NCBI GenBank assembly: GCA_947630195.1
Contig: CANRGQ010000003.1
Location: 1-35,130 of the forward strand
DNA length: 35,130 bases
Reading direction: 5' to 3'
Origin: an uncultured Bacilli bacterium
GTDB lineage: Bacteria; Bacillota_I; Bacilli_A; RF39; UBA660
Notes under the pieces: model-generated
Told to the model about the DNA's origin: nothing
Database searches by the model: none
What the model saw: only the letters and a program-made list of their open reading frames with translations
Part shown: positions 16,559-25,754 of the stretch, piece after piece
Position numbering within the stretch: position 1 is the stretch's first letter
Layout: each line of letters starts with the position of its first letter
Made by a program: the position numbers and the translations under genes

Positions 16559-17743
16559 TTATGCATTATTCTTAGTTGTGATTCTAAATGGGTCAGTTGC
16601 TGTACCTGCACCCGTTAAATTTATCGCGGATTGAAGATAGAAGACAGGTCGAACCGCATACGCATAGTCGATAAGATACCACCACAAGCCGCCGTTCGTC
16701 TCTACACACCACGCCTCGTAAGTGCTGCCATCTCGGCCCCTGTAGTAGCCATACCTAGACATGGTCCATTCATTTAAAGAATTTCCACTTAATGTTGAAC
16801 TTGTGCTCCATCCATTTTTTACATATAACCAACTACTTGTTCCAGTACTTGCATTATTAAAATCTGTAGCATACATTAAAGCAACTTTATTTGCTGCACT
16901 TTGACTTGTTTTTGGTTCTACTGTTCCTGGTGTACTTGTTTGGTCTGCATTATACCATTTTTGACTTGTTACTATACTGTCCCAATATGTTCCGTTTGGT
17001 TGTTTGTTTTTTATGTTTGTATTATACCATGATGTTACATGACTTTTGGTACTTGATGAATCCCATTTAATATCACTAGTGTAATTACTATACCATACTT
17101 GACTTGTACTAGATGGTGTTGCCTTGATTAATTTTAATTGATCTTTTTTTAATCCTAACGTATTATCATCTGCTGAAGTTATCCCTATTATTCTAAACAT
17201 ATATTTATCTGGTGTTTTTAAACACTCATCTTTATCGGTTGTTCCAAAACATATATAATTATTTGTTACGGCTGTGGTTGTCCCTTTATATCTATACATT
17301 CCATCCACTGCAGAAGTTAAGTTTAATGTTGAACCTTTTGTTTCTTCTAATGCTTGTAATAAAGGTCTACCTTTAGCAAAGTATAAGGTACAATAAATAC
17401 TATTTTTAGTATCTATTGTGGCATGATAAGTTGATAAATCAAAATGCAGTATATTTGTATAATCTATTTCTTTTCCATCACTATCTGTACATTCAGCTCC
17501 CACAAATCCGTGTGTTGTGGGACTTGGCCATGAATCTCTATTATCTGCTTCATGCCATTCATCATCTTCACTATCTTGTACCCATATCGCTATTGATTTA
17601 TCATTACTTAATATATTATTAGTTTCTATTTCTTCTATCTTATTAGGTTTAGTATTTAAAGTTCTTATTATATTATAACTTTCTCCTAATATTAAAATTC
17701 CTACTATAATTATGATTATTGTTAATATTTTATCTTTCTTCAT
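16559..17743 (-). CDS. Membrane-anchored surface protein with C-terminal CLec/DUF6273-like domain, putative DGR target
   Basis: N-terminal TM; YRYKG...NNYICFG...FRIIG core; C-terminal EWTMS...AWCV...G...AVRPVFYL...GAGTATDPF. Confidence 0.75.
   Translation of the reverse strand: MKKDKILTIIIIIVGILILGESYNIIRTLNTKPNKIEEIETNNILSNDKSIAIWVQDSEDDEWHEADNRDSWPSPTTHGFVGAECTDSDGKEIDYTNILHFDLSTYHATIDTKNSIYCTLYFAKGRPLLQALEETKGSTLNLTSAVDGMYRYKGTTTAVTNNYICFGTTDKDECLKTPDKYMFRIIGITSADDNTLGLKKDQLKLIKATPSSTSQVWYSNYTSDIKWDSSSTKSHVTSWYNTNIKNKQPNGTYWDSIVTSQKWYNADQTSTPGTVEPKTSQSAANKVALMYATDFNNASTGTSSWLYVKNGWSTSSTLSGNSLNEWTMSRYGYYRGRDGSTYEAWCVETNGGLWWYLIDYAYAVRPVFYLQSAINLTGAGTATDPFRITTKNNA
16641..16760 (-). other. 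Putative DGR variable region (VR)
   Basis: 66/120 G+C (55%) versus 35/120 (29%) in 16771-16890 of the same gene; many NNC/NNT codons between fixed GCG TGG, AAC GGC and GCG GTT CGA CCT anchors. Confidence 0.6.
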
Positions 17744-17758
17744 TTTGTTTTCTCCCTT

Positions 17759-18578
17759 CTATTTACTAAAGTAGGCATAACAAGTATTTGGCCCAGTAGT
17801 ATCTATATGAAAACCTTTTGATATATCGTATGTAAATGTTGTACTTGCTTTTTTACTTTTACACTCATAATTTGTCATAGAATAACCATCTGGTACTTGA
17901 TTATATAATTTATAAGTTTTGTCATTATATTTTCTATCCCCTGTTGCATCTTCTATATAAGCATAAATAATTACATCTGATAATTTATCTCTATCATAAT
18001 AAAGTCGACATACTACTTGCGTAGGTTTTGCTTTTTCAGTATATTCAATATGAACTGTTCCATCTTCTTTAATAGTATAATTATCATAAGTTGCATCTCC
18101 TCCGGCTGCAGGATAACAATTAGATTTATCTCCATTTATTTGATATCCACTGGCGGGTACATATTTACTCTCTTTATATTTGTTAGCATTATCAGGCATT
18201 TGGGTATAAAAGATTATATTAACATCGGTATTTTTATCTATTGGACCTTGTTTAACTGATTCCCCTTCACCAGCAAAGTTTCCTACTTTGGATGTAAATA
18301 TAGGGACTGGAGCCATTTCATAATTATAGTAAGCATGGGTTTTATTAATTGTCACATTTATTAGTAACAACGCAAAAAATACTAATACGAATATTCCTAA
18401 TATTAGTTCTTTATTTTTTAATTTTTCTTTTATATTATAAAGTTTATCTTTAAAGTTATTTGGTATGAATACTAAAGATATTAAGGTGTTACAATAACCC
18501 CCCCCCGATTTGGGTATTTAGAACTACTAATGTAAGTATTGCTACATATAATACTATTCTTTTAATTTCTTTCTTCAT
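17759..18578 (-). pseudogene. Surface protein gene frameshifted at a G9 tract (phase-OFF contingency gene; 272 aa if G8)
   Basis: AGAGGT SD + ATG 18578 gives MKKEIKRIVLYVAILTLVVLNTQIGGGLL*; the frame of ORF 17759-18370 is open back to the tract and closed just above it (TAA 18520-18518). Confidence 0.75.
18498..18506 (-). repeat. Poly-G9 homopolymer, slipped-strand phase-variation tract
   Basis: Nine consecutive C on + strand in very AT-rich DNA, located at the frame junction; G8 or G11 restores frame. Confidence 0.8.
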
Positions 18579-18747
18579 ACTCTTACCTCTTTTATATTAT
18601 TAATTATTATTTATATTTTTATACTTATGTTGTAAATACCGAATATTAATTACAAAATAAAAATAATATTCTTCTACCTTACATTTAAATAATATAATAT
18701 TTATTCTATTTAGTCAATACAGAAAAACAAAAAATTTCTTCTAGAAC

Positions 18748-18776
18748 TTGACATATACCGAGTATTCCAATAAAAT
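18748..18776 (+). promoter_or_regulatory. SigmaA promoter for 439-aa ORF
   Basis: TTGACA-17bp-TAAAAT. Confidence 0.75.
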
Positions 18777-18799
18777 AATATCTCATATAGGAGGACAAA

Positions 18800-20119
18800 A
18801 TGGAAAAAGAAGGAAAAAAGATAGATTCTGATAGATTTCATAAAATATATAGAATACCAAATATTGATACTCATGGGGAATATTTAACAATTAGAAAATT
18901 TTTAAAGAAGGATTTTGACTCTTTACCAAAATTAGATGATTTTATTAATACATACATGAATAATTATAATATATGGCACGAAACCGATGAGGAAAGAGAA
19001 GCTAGAGCCAATCGAGAATACAACCGAGAAATTGATGGCTATAATTTTTATAAAAAGAATTTACTTACAGCAATTAAAAAAATCTTAGAAAAAGATGAAA
19101 ATGAAATTTTAGATAATGTGTATGTTAAATATATTCATTGTATATATCCAGATGTTACTACAAGACCTGAATCTTTTGTAAGATTACCATATTATGAACG
19201 AAATAGAAATATTAGAGATAGACATGGCATTTTAATTTTAAAAACTAAGGATGGTAAATCAGCAATTTTAGATGTTATTCATAATCCTTATGCCTATAAT
19301 CAAAATAGCAAAAAGAATTTAAAGATAAAAAATATTCTCAAATTTGCCAAATATGAGTATAAACCATTACATCCCAATCCTGATAAAAGAATTCCTGTAA
19401 TTGCTCATAATTTAGAAACTAATTTAGAAGGCTTAATTAATTATAAAACATGTCAAATTGAAAATGAAAAATTTGATAAAATATATTATAAACAAAATAA
19501 ATTATTTTCTGGTTATCTCCTATTAGTGGGAGAGAGAAATGGAAAACTTGGAACCACAGATGGCTATGTTCCCCCAAAATTCGATGATATAAATGGTGTT
19601 ATTAGAGTAAATTATTATGAAGTTCCAAAAGATACTCCTTGTTATATAACTACCTTAAATGGTAAAGAAGGCGCCTATTTTATTGGTAAAAGAGGCCACT
19701 ATAGATATGTTGATAACGGACTTCATGAACGGACATTTGCCCAAACCAGTTTGAAAAAAATTATAATTCCTAATTTCTTTGATAAGGTTATCTTATTAGA
19801 TTTTAGCCCAATTTGTCATCCTAATCATACAATGGAAGAATTTATTTCTAATCCAATTTTTAAAGTTGTTCTTAATGGCAAAGAAGGAATATATTTAGGT
19901 GGCGAAAAGAAATTTTTAGCCCCTCCTATCTTTGATATTGATGGTATATCTAACTATGATTTAGATAATCAAACAATTGAAGGTTATATTGATGGTATTC
20001 ACCATATTTATCAAAATGGTATCTTAAAAAGAATAGAAACTGTTGATTTAACTATTTCAGATGATACTAAAGAATCATTAAATATATTTATTAATAAAGT
20101 TCGAAAAAGAACTAGATAA
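18800..20119 (+). CDS. Hypothetical 439-aa protein with C-terminal WG/KWG-like beta repeats
   Basis: AGGAGG SD; repeated NGKLG..YVPPKFDDI, NGKEG..IIIPNFFDKV, NGKEG..LAPPIFDI. Confidence 0.7.
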   Translation: MEKEGKKIDSDRFHKIYRIPNIDTHGEYLTIRKFLKKDFDSLPKLDDFINTYMNNYNIWHETDEEREARANREYNREIDGYNFYKKNLLTAIKKILEKDENEILDNVYVKYIHCIYPDVTTRPESFVRLPYYERNRNIRDRHGILILKTKDGKSAILDVIHNPYAYNQNSKKNLKIKNILKFAKYEYKPLHPNPDKRIPVIAHNLETNLEGLINYKTCQIENEKFDKIYYKQNKLFSGYLLLVGERNGKLGTTDGYVPPKFDDINGVIRVNYYEVPKDTPCYITTLNGKEGAYFIGKRGHYRYVDNGLHERTFAQTSLKKIIIPNFFDKVILLDFSPICHPNHTMEEFISNPIFKVVLNGKEGIYLGGEKKFLAPPIFDIDGISNYDLDNQTIEGYIDGIHHIYQNGILKRIETVDLTISDDTKESLNIFINKVRKRTR

Positions 20120-20125
20120 AACACT

Positions 20126-20158
20126 AAAAAATAGCAATTTTATAATTTGCTATTTTTA
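20126..20158. terminator. Bidirectional terminator between convergent genes
   Basis: AAAAATAGCAA...TTGCTATTTTT inverted repeat. Confidence 0.7.
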
Positions 20159-20177
20159 TATTAAATACATTATTATT

Positions 20178-21380
20178 TTATACAATAACACTACTAATTG
20201 GTATTATATCGTGAGTATCAGTTAATTTTTTAACATTTTTTTCATTACAAATAATGCCACCTTTACCAACATTTTTTAAATTTTTTATTTTATTAAAAGA
20301 AGATATCATACTTACATTAACATTATCTCTATATTTAATTTCAAAAGGGTGATATATATTATCATAGTCTTTTATTATTAAATCTATCTCATTACCATCT
20401 TTATCTCTATAATAACTAAAAGTATTTCCTAAACTATAATTACTATTAGTTTTTAACATTTCCGAAATAATATAATTTTCAAATAAAAAACCAAAATTTG
20501 TATAATCAGTTAAAGCTTTTTTTGTATTTATTCCTAGTAAATATGTGCACAAACCACTATCCATAAAAATAATTTTTGGTTGCGATGTTATTCTTTTTAA
20601 TTCTTCTTTTCTTAAGGGATAAATTAATTTTATTATACCCGTAGCCTCTAAGATGCTTAACCAAGATTTTACTGTTTTATTATCTTTTCTTGTATCTCTT
20701 GCAATACTAGCATAGTTTAAAACTTGACATGCTCGTGAAGCAACAGATACTAAAAATGTATAAAATGCATTTAAATCTTCAATTTGTTTCAATTCTCTTA
20801 TATCTCTTTCTAAATATAAATTAACATAGCTAGAAAAAAAGTATTCTCTTTTAATATTTTGAGTTAAATATTCAGGCATCCCCCCTTTTAAAATTAAATC
20901 TAGTAGTTTATCTTTTGATATTATATCTCTATTAGTAAATTCCTCTAAATCATAAGGTGGTAATTTACTTTTACATAGTTCTCTATTAGTAAATGATGTC
21001 ATATCGAGAACACCCATTCTACCAGCAAGTGACTCACTAACATTTTTCATTAATTCAATTTTTTGAGAACCTGTTAGCCAAAATAATCCTTTCTCTTTTG
21101 TATTATCACAGGCTATTTTTATATATGAAAGTAATTTTGGAGCATATTGAATTTCATCAATTATCATTGGAGGTTTATAAATACTCAAAAATTCTTTCGG
21201 ATTTTCATTAGCCAGTTTTCTAATTTCTAAATCGTCTAATGTTACATATTTTCTTGCTTTTTCTTTTATGTTTTTTAAAAAAGTTGTTTTTCCTACTTGT
21301 CTAGGGCCTGTAATTAAGACGGTTTTAAACATTTTATTATATTCCAAAAACACTTCTTCAATATTTCTTTTTAAATTCAT
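20178..21380 (-). CDS. AAA_14 ATPase with DUF4143 and C-terminal PD-(D/E)XK-like domain
   Basis: GPRQVGKTT, IIDEIQYAP, LTGSQ, ESLAGR, GGMPE, EIDLII...PFEIK; start 21380 or 21392. Confidence 0.88.
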   Translation of the reverse strand: MNLKRNIEEVFLEYNKMFKTVLITGPRQVGKTTFLKNIKEKARKYVTLDDLEIRKLANENPKEFLSIYKPPMIIDEIQYAPKLLSYIKIACDNTKEKGLFWLTGSQKIELMKNVSESLAGRMGVLDMTSFTNRELCKSKLPPYDLEEFTNRDIISKDKLLDLILKGGMPEYLTQNIKREYFFSSYVNLYLERDIRELKQIEDLNAFYTFLVSVASRACQVLNYASIARDTRKDNKTVKSWLSILEATGIIKLIYPLRKEELKRITSQPKIIFMDSGLCTYLLGINTKKALTDYTNFGFLFENYIISEMLKTNSNYSLGNTFSYYRDKDGNEIDLIIKDYDNIYHPFEIKYRDNVNVSMISSFNKIKNLKNVGKGGIICNEKNVKKLTDTHDIIPISSVIV

Positions 21381-21491
21381 AATAATCACCATTATTAATA
21401 TAACATTTTTTATATATTATGTCAAATTTGGAATTAATTCCATTTTAGACAAAAATTGGCTAATTTGGAATTTAAAAAATAAAAAGATGCT

Positions 21492-22001
21492 TTAATTAAC
21501 ATCAATTTTATTAACAATTAATTTCGTAATTATTTTAGCTAGTTTAATATTATTATCATCTTTTTTATTACTGATAATAATTACGAGGCCACTACAATCA
21601 ATGGAAGTTATAATAGGTATGACACTAAAGTAAGCATTAGTATTAAAGTCATTCTCTAAATTTTCACTGGTATAAGATTCTCTATTATCAATTAAACTTT
21701 TATACTTTTCATTTAAAGTAGTATTATTTAACTCTTTTAAATTACTACTAGTGGCTATAATCTTTTCTCTATCACTAATAATAACTCCCACATTACAAAT
21801 ATCATAAATTATATTACAAAGATTTTCACTTATATCTTTAATATTTTCAACCTGGGAATATTTTTTAATAATTATAGCATTGTCTGAAGTATATATTTCT
21901 AAAGGTTCACCATCTCTAATACCTAAGTTATATCTTATTTCTTTCGGAACTACAATTCTTCCTAATTCATCTATTCTTCTAGTAATTCCACTTTTAATCA
22001 T
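21492..22001 (-). CDS. spoVT: Stage V sporulation protein T (AbrB-like + GAF)
   Basis: GITRRIDELGRIVVPKEIR...IRDGEPLEIY; GAF-like C-terminus; directly after mfd. Confidence 0.88.
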   Translation of the reverse strand: MIKSGITRRIDELGRIVVPKEIRYNLGIRDGEPLEIYTSDNAIIIKKYSQVENIKDISENLCNIIYDICNVGVIISDREKIIATSSNLKELNNTTLNEKYKSLIDNRESYTSENLENDFNTNAYFSVIPIITSIDCSGLVIIISNKKDDNNIKLAKIITKLIVNKIDVN

Positions 22002-22021
22002 TTACTACCCACTCCTTTTTA

Positions 22022-22050
22022 TATTGTAGGTAGTTTTTGGTATTTTATAC
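22022..22050 (-). promoter_or_regulatory. Possible sigmaG promoter of spoVT
   Basis: GTATA-17bp-TACAATA. Confidence 0.4.
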
Positions 22051-25000
22051 TAATTATCTTTAACCGCTAAAAGAAGTTTTACTAAATAGTAGATATAATG
22101 TTCTGGTAAGCCTTTATAAAACAAAGTAATAATAATATTTTTATGGAGATATTTAATATTAAATTTAGTTGAGATACTCATAGTTTCAAATAGTAATTTA
22201 TCTCCTTTAATATTATTAGATACTTCTTCTGGTAAAGTAATTTCCACAAAACGGTCAGTTTTATTAATTCTCGTAATATTTAACATTTTACATAGATTAG
22301 TAAACCACTCTTCATACATATAAACTTCCATATCACTATCAATTTTTCCGAATCTATCTTCTAGTTCGGCTTTTACTTCTCTTAATTTTTCTAAAGAGTC
22401 AATTTCATTAATCTTTTGATGAATTTCAATTTTAATATCTTCATCGGATACATAGTCATCTTTAATATGAGTAGATACTTCAATTAAGTTTTTATTATCG
22501 GTATCCTCTTCTTCCACATATTCGCCCTTAGCTTTTTTTAGCTCGTCTTCAATTAGTTTCATATACAAAGATATTCCTACCGAATCCACAAATCCTGCTT
22601 GATCACTACCAAAGATATCACCAGCTCCTCTTATCGATAAATCCCGCATCGCTATTTTATAACCACTTCCAAGTTCCGTAAATTCTTTAATGGCTTGGAG
22701 TCTTTTAACGGCAATATCATTTAGCATCTTTTGTTTATTGTATAAAAGATAAGCATAAGCAACCTTATCACTTCGTCCAACTCTTCCTCTTATTTGATAT
22801 AATTGAGCAAGGCCAAAATTATCGGCATCATAGACAATTAAAGTATTAGCATTTGCAATATCAATTCCATTTTCAATAATCGTCGTACAAATTAAAATAT
22901 CATATTCATAAGCCACAAAATCTTCCATAATTGTTTCGAGTTCTTCTTTACTCATTTTACCATGAGCTACTCTAATTCTAGCTTCCGGTACTAAAGTACT
23001 TATTTTACTTGCTATTTTATCTAAATCTTCAATCCGGTTATACAAAATAAATACTTGTCCTTTTCGAGATAATTCTTTATAAATAGCATCTTTCACTAAC
23101 AAATCTTGTTCTTCAATGACATAAGTTTGAACAGGATACCTATTAATTGGAGGTGTATCTATAATTGATAAATCTCTTAAACCCGATAAAGCCATCTTTA
23201 AAGTTCTTGGAATTGGGGTCGCTGATAAAGTTAGAACATTAACATCATTTTTATATTCTTTAATTTTTTCTTTATGTTTAACGCCGAAACGTTGTTCTTC
23301 ATCCACTACTAAAAGACCTAATTTAGAGGGTTTAATATCATCACTTAAAATCCTGTGAGTTCCCACTAAAATATCTATTTTACCCTCACTTAAAGCACTC
23401 AAAATATATTTGCCTTCTTTAGAAGTTGTAAAACGATTAAAAAGACGGATATTTACCGGAATATCTTTAAATCTTTCACAAATTACATTGTATTGTTGCT
23501 TAGCTAAAATCGTCGTTGGACACAAGTACATTACTTGATAGTTATTAATAACCGTTTTAAATATAGCTCGCATAGCCACTTCTGTTTTCCCAAAACCAAC
23601 ATCCCCACAAAGAAGTCTATCCATAGGAACTACACTATCTAAATCATTTTTAATCTCGGCAATGGCTTTAGTTTGGTCTTTAGTCTCTTCATAAGGAAAA
23701 GAGGAAGCAAAAAGACTTTCTTCTTCATAATCTTGATAAGCAATTCCTTTAATACTAGCTCTTTTTTGGTATAAATCTAAAAGTTCCTTCGAAATATCTT
23801 TAGCTTTCGCTTTAATATAAGTTTTTGTCTTGGCCCAACTTGCCGAATTTAGCTTATTAATCTTTGGTTTTATCCCATCTTTACTGGAATATTTATATAT
23901 AGAATTTATTTTTTCAACGGGAATATATATTTTATCATTACCTTCATATAAAAGTTGAATATAATCTTTTTCTAAACCATCTTTGGTTAAAGTAACAAGC
24001 CCATTATAAATACCTATGCCATGATTTAAATGGACAACATAATCGCCTTTTTCTAAATCATTATAACTTTTAATCTTTTTGCCAATATGTAAGTTATTTT
24101 TATATTTAGGCATTTCTTTTAAAGATGAGCCAATATCATATTCGGATACACAAACAATGTCATTAAAAATAAATCCTTTATTAATTCTTTTTTTAATGAT
24201 ATTAGCCTCTGGTATTAAATTTTTAATAGTTTTAACTTGTTTATCTAAGGAAAGATAAAAATAAACCTTTTTCTTTTCTTTTTGCCACCGATAATAAGTA
24301 TCTTTTAAAAGTTCAAAGTTTTCATTAAAACTAGGTATTTCTTTGGCTACAATATCCGTTGGATTATTAATGTTATCAATATATAGTTCAAATTTAGGAT
24401 TAATGTCTTCAAGATTATACATGTATTTTTCTGTTTCATTTTGTTTCTCTTGATATTCTAAGATTTCTTCCGATAATTTTTTATAAGCCACCATTATTTG
24501 ATCTTTATTTAGATAAACGACAATACCCTCATTTGAGTAATCATATAAAGAACTCTTATCAGTAGTTTCTACTTCCGTAAATGGTTTTAAAGTAATTTCT
24601 TTGATTTCTTTAATAGTTCTTTGATTATTTTCATCAAAATAACGAATAGATTCAATGGTATTATCAAACATTTCAATTCTTATTGGGTGTATTTCATTAA
24701 TGATATAGATATCGATTATAAAACCTCTTAAAGAATATTCACCAGATGTAGTTACTAATGATTCTTGTTTATAACCAAAGTCCTCCAGAGTGTTTATAAG
24801 ATTGTTTCTATTTATTTCGGTATTAACTTTTAAATTATAACTATTTTGACTACTTATACTAGGTAGATATTTTAAATATCCCATTAAGTTAGTAACAATA
24901 ATCATCTTTTTGTTTTTAATTTTTTCCAAAACATTTAATCTACCTAAACTAAATTCTGGTGACATTGCCACAACTTTAGAAGTAATAAAATCATCCATTG

Positions 25001-25208
25001 GAAATAATTCAACATCTTCCGTATGGGTTTTTAAAGCATTATAAACTTTATTACTTTCATATAAATTACTTGTTACTAAAATAACATTTTTATTTTCTTT
25101 TTTAAATAATTCTAGCAAGTAAAAAGCGATTAACTCATTTGTTAACCCATATGTCACAGCATTATTTTGAAAGTTAAAAAGTTTATCAAACGGCATATTA
25201 TCCTCCAA
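22050..25208 (-). CDS. mfd: Transcription-repair coupling factor
   Basis: GDYVVHLNHGIG, GDVGFGKTEV, VDEEQRFGV, SATPIPRTL, QIRGRVGRS; start may be ATG 25196. Confidence 0.97.
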   Translation of the reverse strand: MEDNMPFDKLFNFQNNAVTYGLTNELIAFYLLELFKKENKNVILVTSNLYESNKVYNALKTHTEDVELFPMDDFITSKVVAMSPEFSLGRLNVLEKIKNKKMIIVTNLMGYLKYLPSISSQNSYNLKVNTEINRNNLINTLEDFGYKQESLVTTSGEYSLRGFIIDIYIINEIHPIRIEMFDNTIESIRYFDENNQRTIKEIKEITLKPFTEVETTDKSSLYDYSNEGIVVYLNKDQIMVAYKKLSEEILEYQEKQNETEKYMYNLEDINPKFELYIDNINNPTDIVAKEIPSFNENFELLKDTYYRWQKEKKKVYFYLSLDKQVKTIKNLIPEANIIKKRINKGFIFNDIVCVSEYDIGSSLKEMPKYKNNLHIGKKIKSYNDLEKGDYVVHLNHGIGIYNGLVTLTKDGLEKDYIQLLYEGNDKIYIPVEKINSIYKYSSKDGIKPKINKLNSASWAKTKTYIKAKAKDISKELLDLYQKRASIKGIAYQDYEEESLFASSFPYEETKDQTKAIAEIKNDLDSVVPMDRLLCGDVGFGKTEVAMRAIFKTVINNYQVMYLCPTTILAKQQYNVICERFKDIPVNIRLFNRFTTSKEGKYILSALSEGKIDILVGTHRILSDDIKPSKLGLLVVDEEQRFGVKHKEKIKEYKNDVNVLTLSATPIPRTLKMALSGLRDLSIIDTPPINRYPVQTYVIEEQDLLVKDAIYKELSRKGQVFILYNRIEDLDKIASKISTLVPEARIRVAHGKMSKEELETIMEDFVAYEYDILICTTIIENGIDIANANTLIVYDADNFGLAQLYQIRGRVGRSDKVAYAYLLYNKQKMLNDIAVKRLQAIKEFTELGSGYKIAMRDLSIRGAGDIFGSDQAGFVDSVGISLYMKLIEDELKKAKGEYVEEEDTDNKNLIEVSTHIKDDYVSDEDIKIEIHQKINEIDSLEKLREVKAELEDRFGKIDSDMEVYMYEEWFTNLCKMLNITRINKTDRFVEITLPEEVSNNIKGDKLLFETMSISTKFNIKYLHKNIIITLFYKGLPEHYIYYLVKLLLAVKDN

Positions 25209-25226
25209 AATTTATTACTTTATCTA

Positions 25227-25754
25227 TTACTTTTCAATATTACCATCAATAAAATTCTCGATTAATTCATTAAATTTAGGAAAGTTACTTTCAATTAATT
25301 TTAATTCTTCATCTGGTATTTTAGCTAAAACATATTTATCGGTAGGCATTAAACTATTCTTACCAATACCAACTTTTATTCTTAAGAACTCTTCACTAGA
25401 TAACTCACTTATAATTGATTTAATTCCATTATGGCCTCCCGATGAACTATTTTTCTTAACTTTATAGGTACCAACTTTTAAATCTAAATCATCTTGAATT
25501 ACTAAGATATCCTCAATTTTTATTTTATAAAATTTAACGACTTTACTTACAGCCATACCGGATAAGTTCATATAAGTAAGAGGTTTAATAAATATAACAT
25601 CTTCGCTATTTACCTCGGTGCTATAGAAATTACTTTCCATTTTATTTTTCCAATCAACTTTACCTAAGTAATTATCTAAAACCATAAATCCAATATTATG
25701 TCTGGTATTTTTATATTCTCTTCCAGGATTACCTAATCCTACTACAAGCTTCAT
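25227..25754 (-). CDS. pth: Peptidyl-tRNA hydrolase
   Basis: GLGNPG, TRHNIGF, KPLTYMNLSG, GGHNGIKS. Confidence 0.97.
   Translation of the reverse strand: MKLVVGLGNPGREYKNTRHNIGFMVLDNYLGKVDWKNKMESNFYSTEVNSEDVIFIKPLTYMNLSGMAVSKVVKFYKIKIEDILVIQDDLDLKVGTYKVKKNSSSGGHNGIKSIISELSSEEFLRIKVGIGKNSLMPTDKYVLAKIPDEELKLIESNFPKFNELIENFIDGNIEK

Noticed and set aside
14898-18800. DGR template repeat or reverse transcriptase near the putative VR
   Set aside because: By eye, no second copy of the VR anchors (GCGGTTCGACCTGTC) and no RT ORF in the window, so a complete DGR is not claimed.
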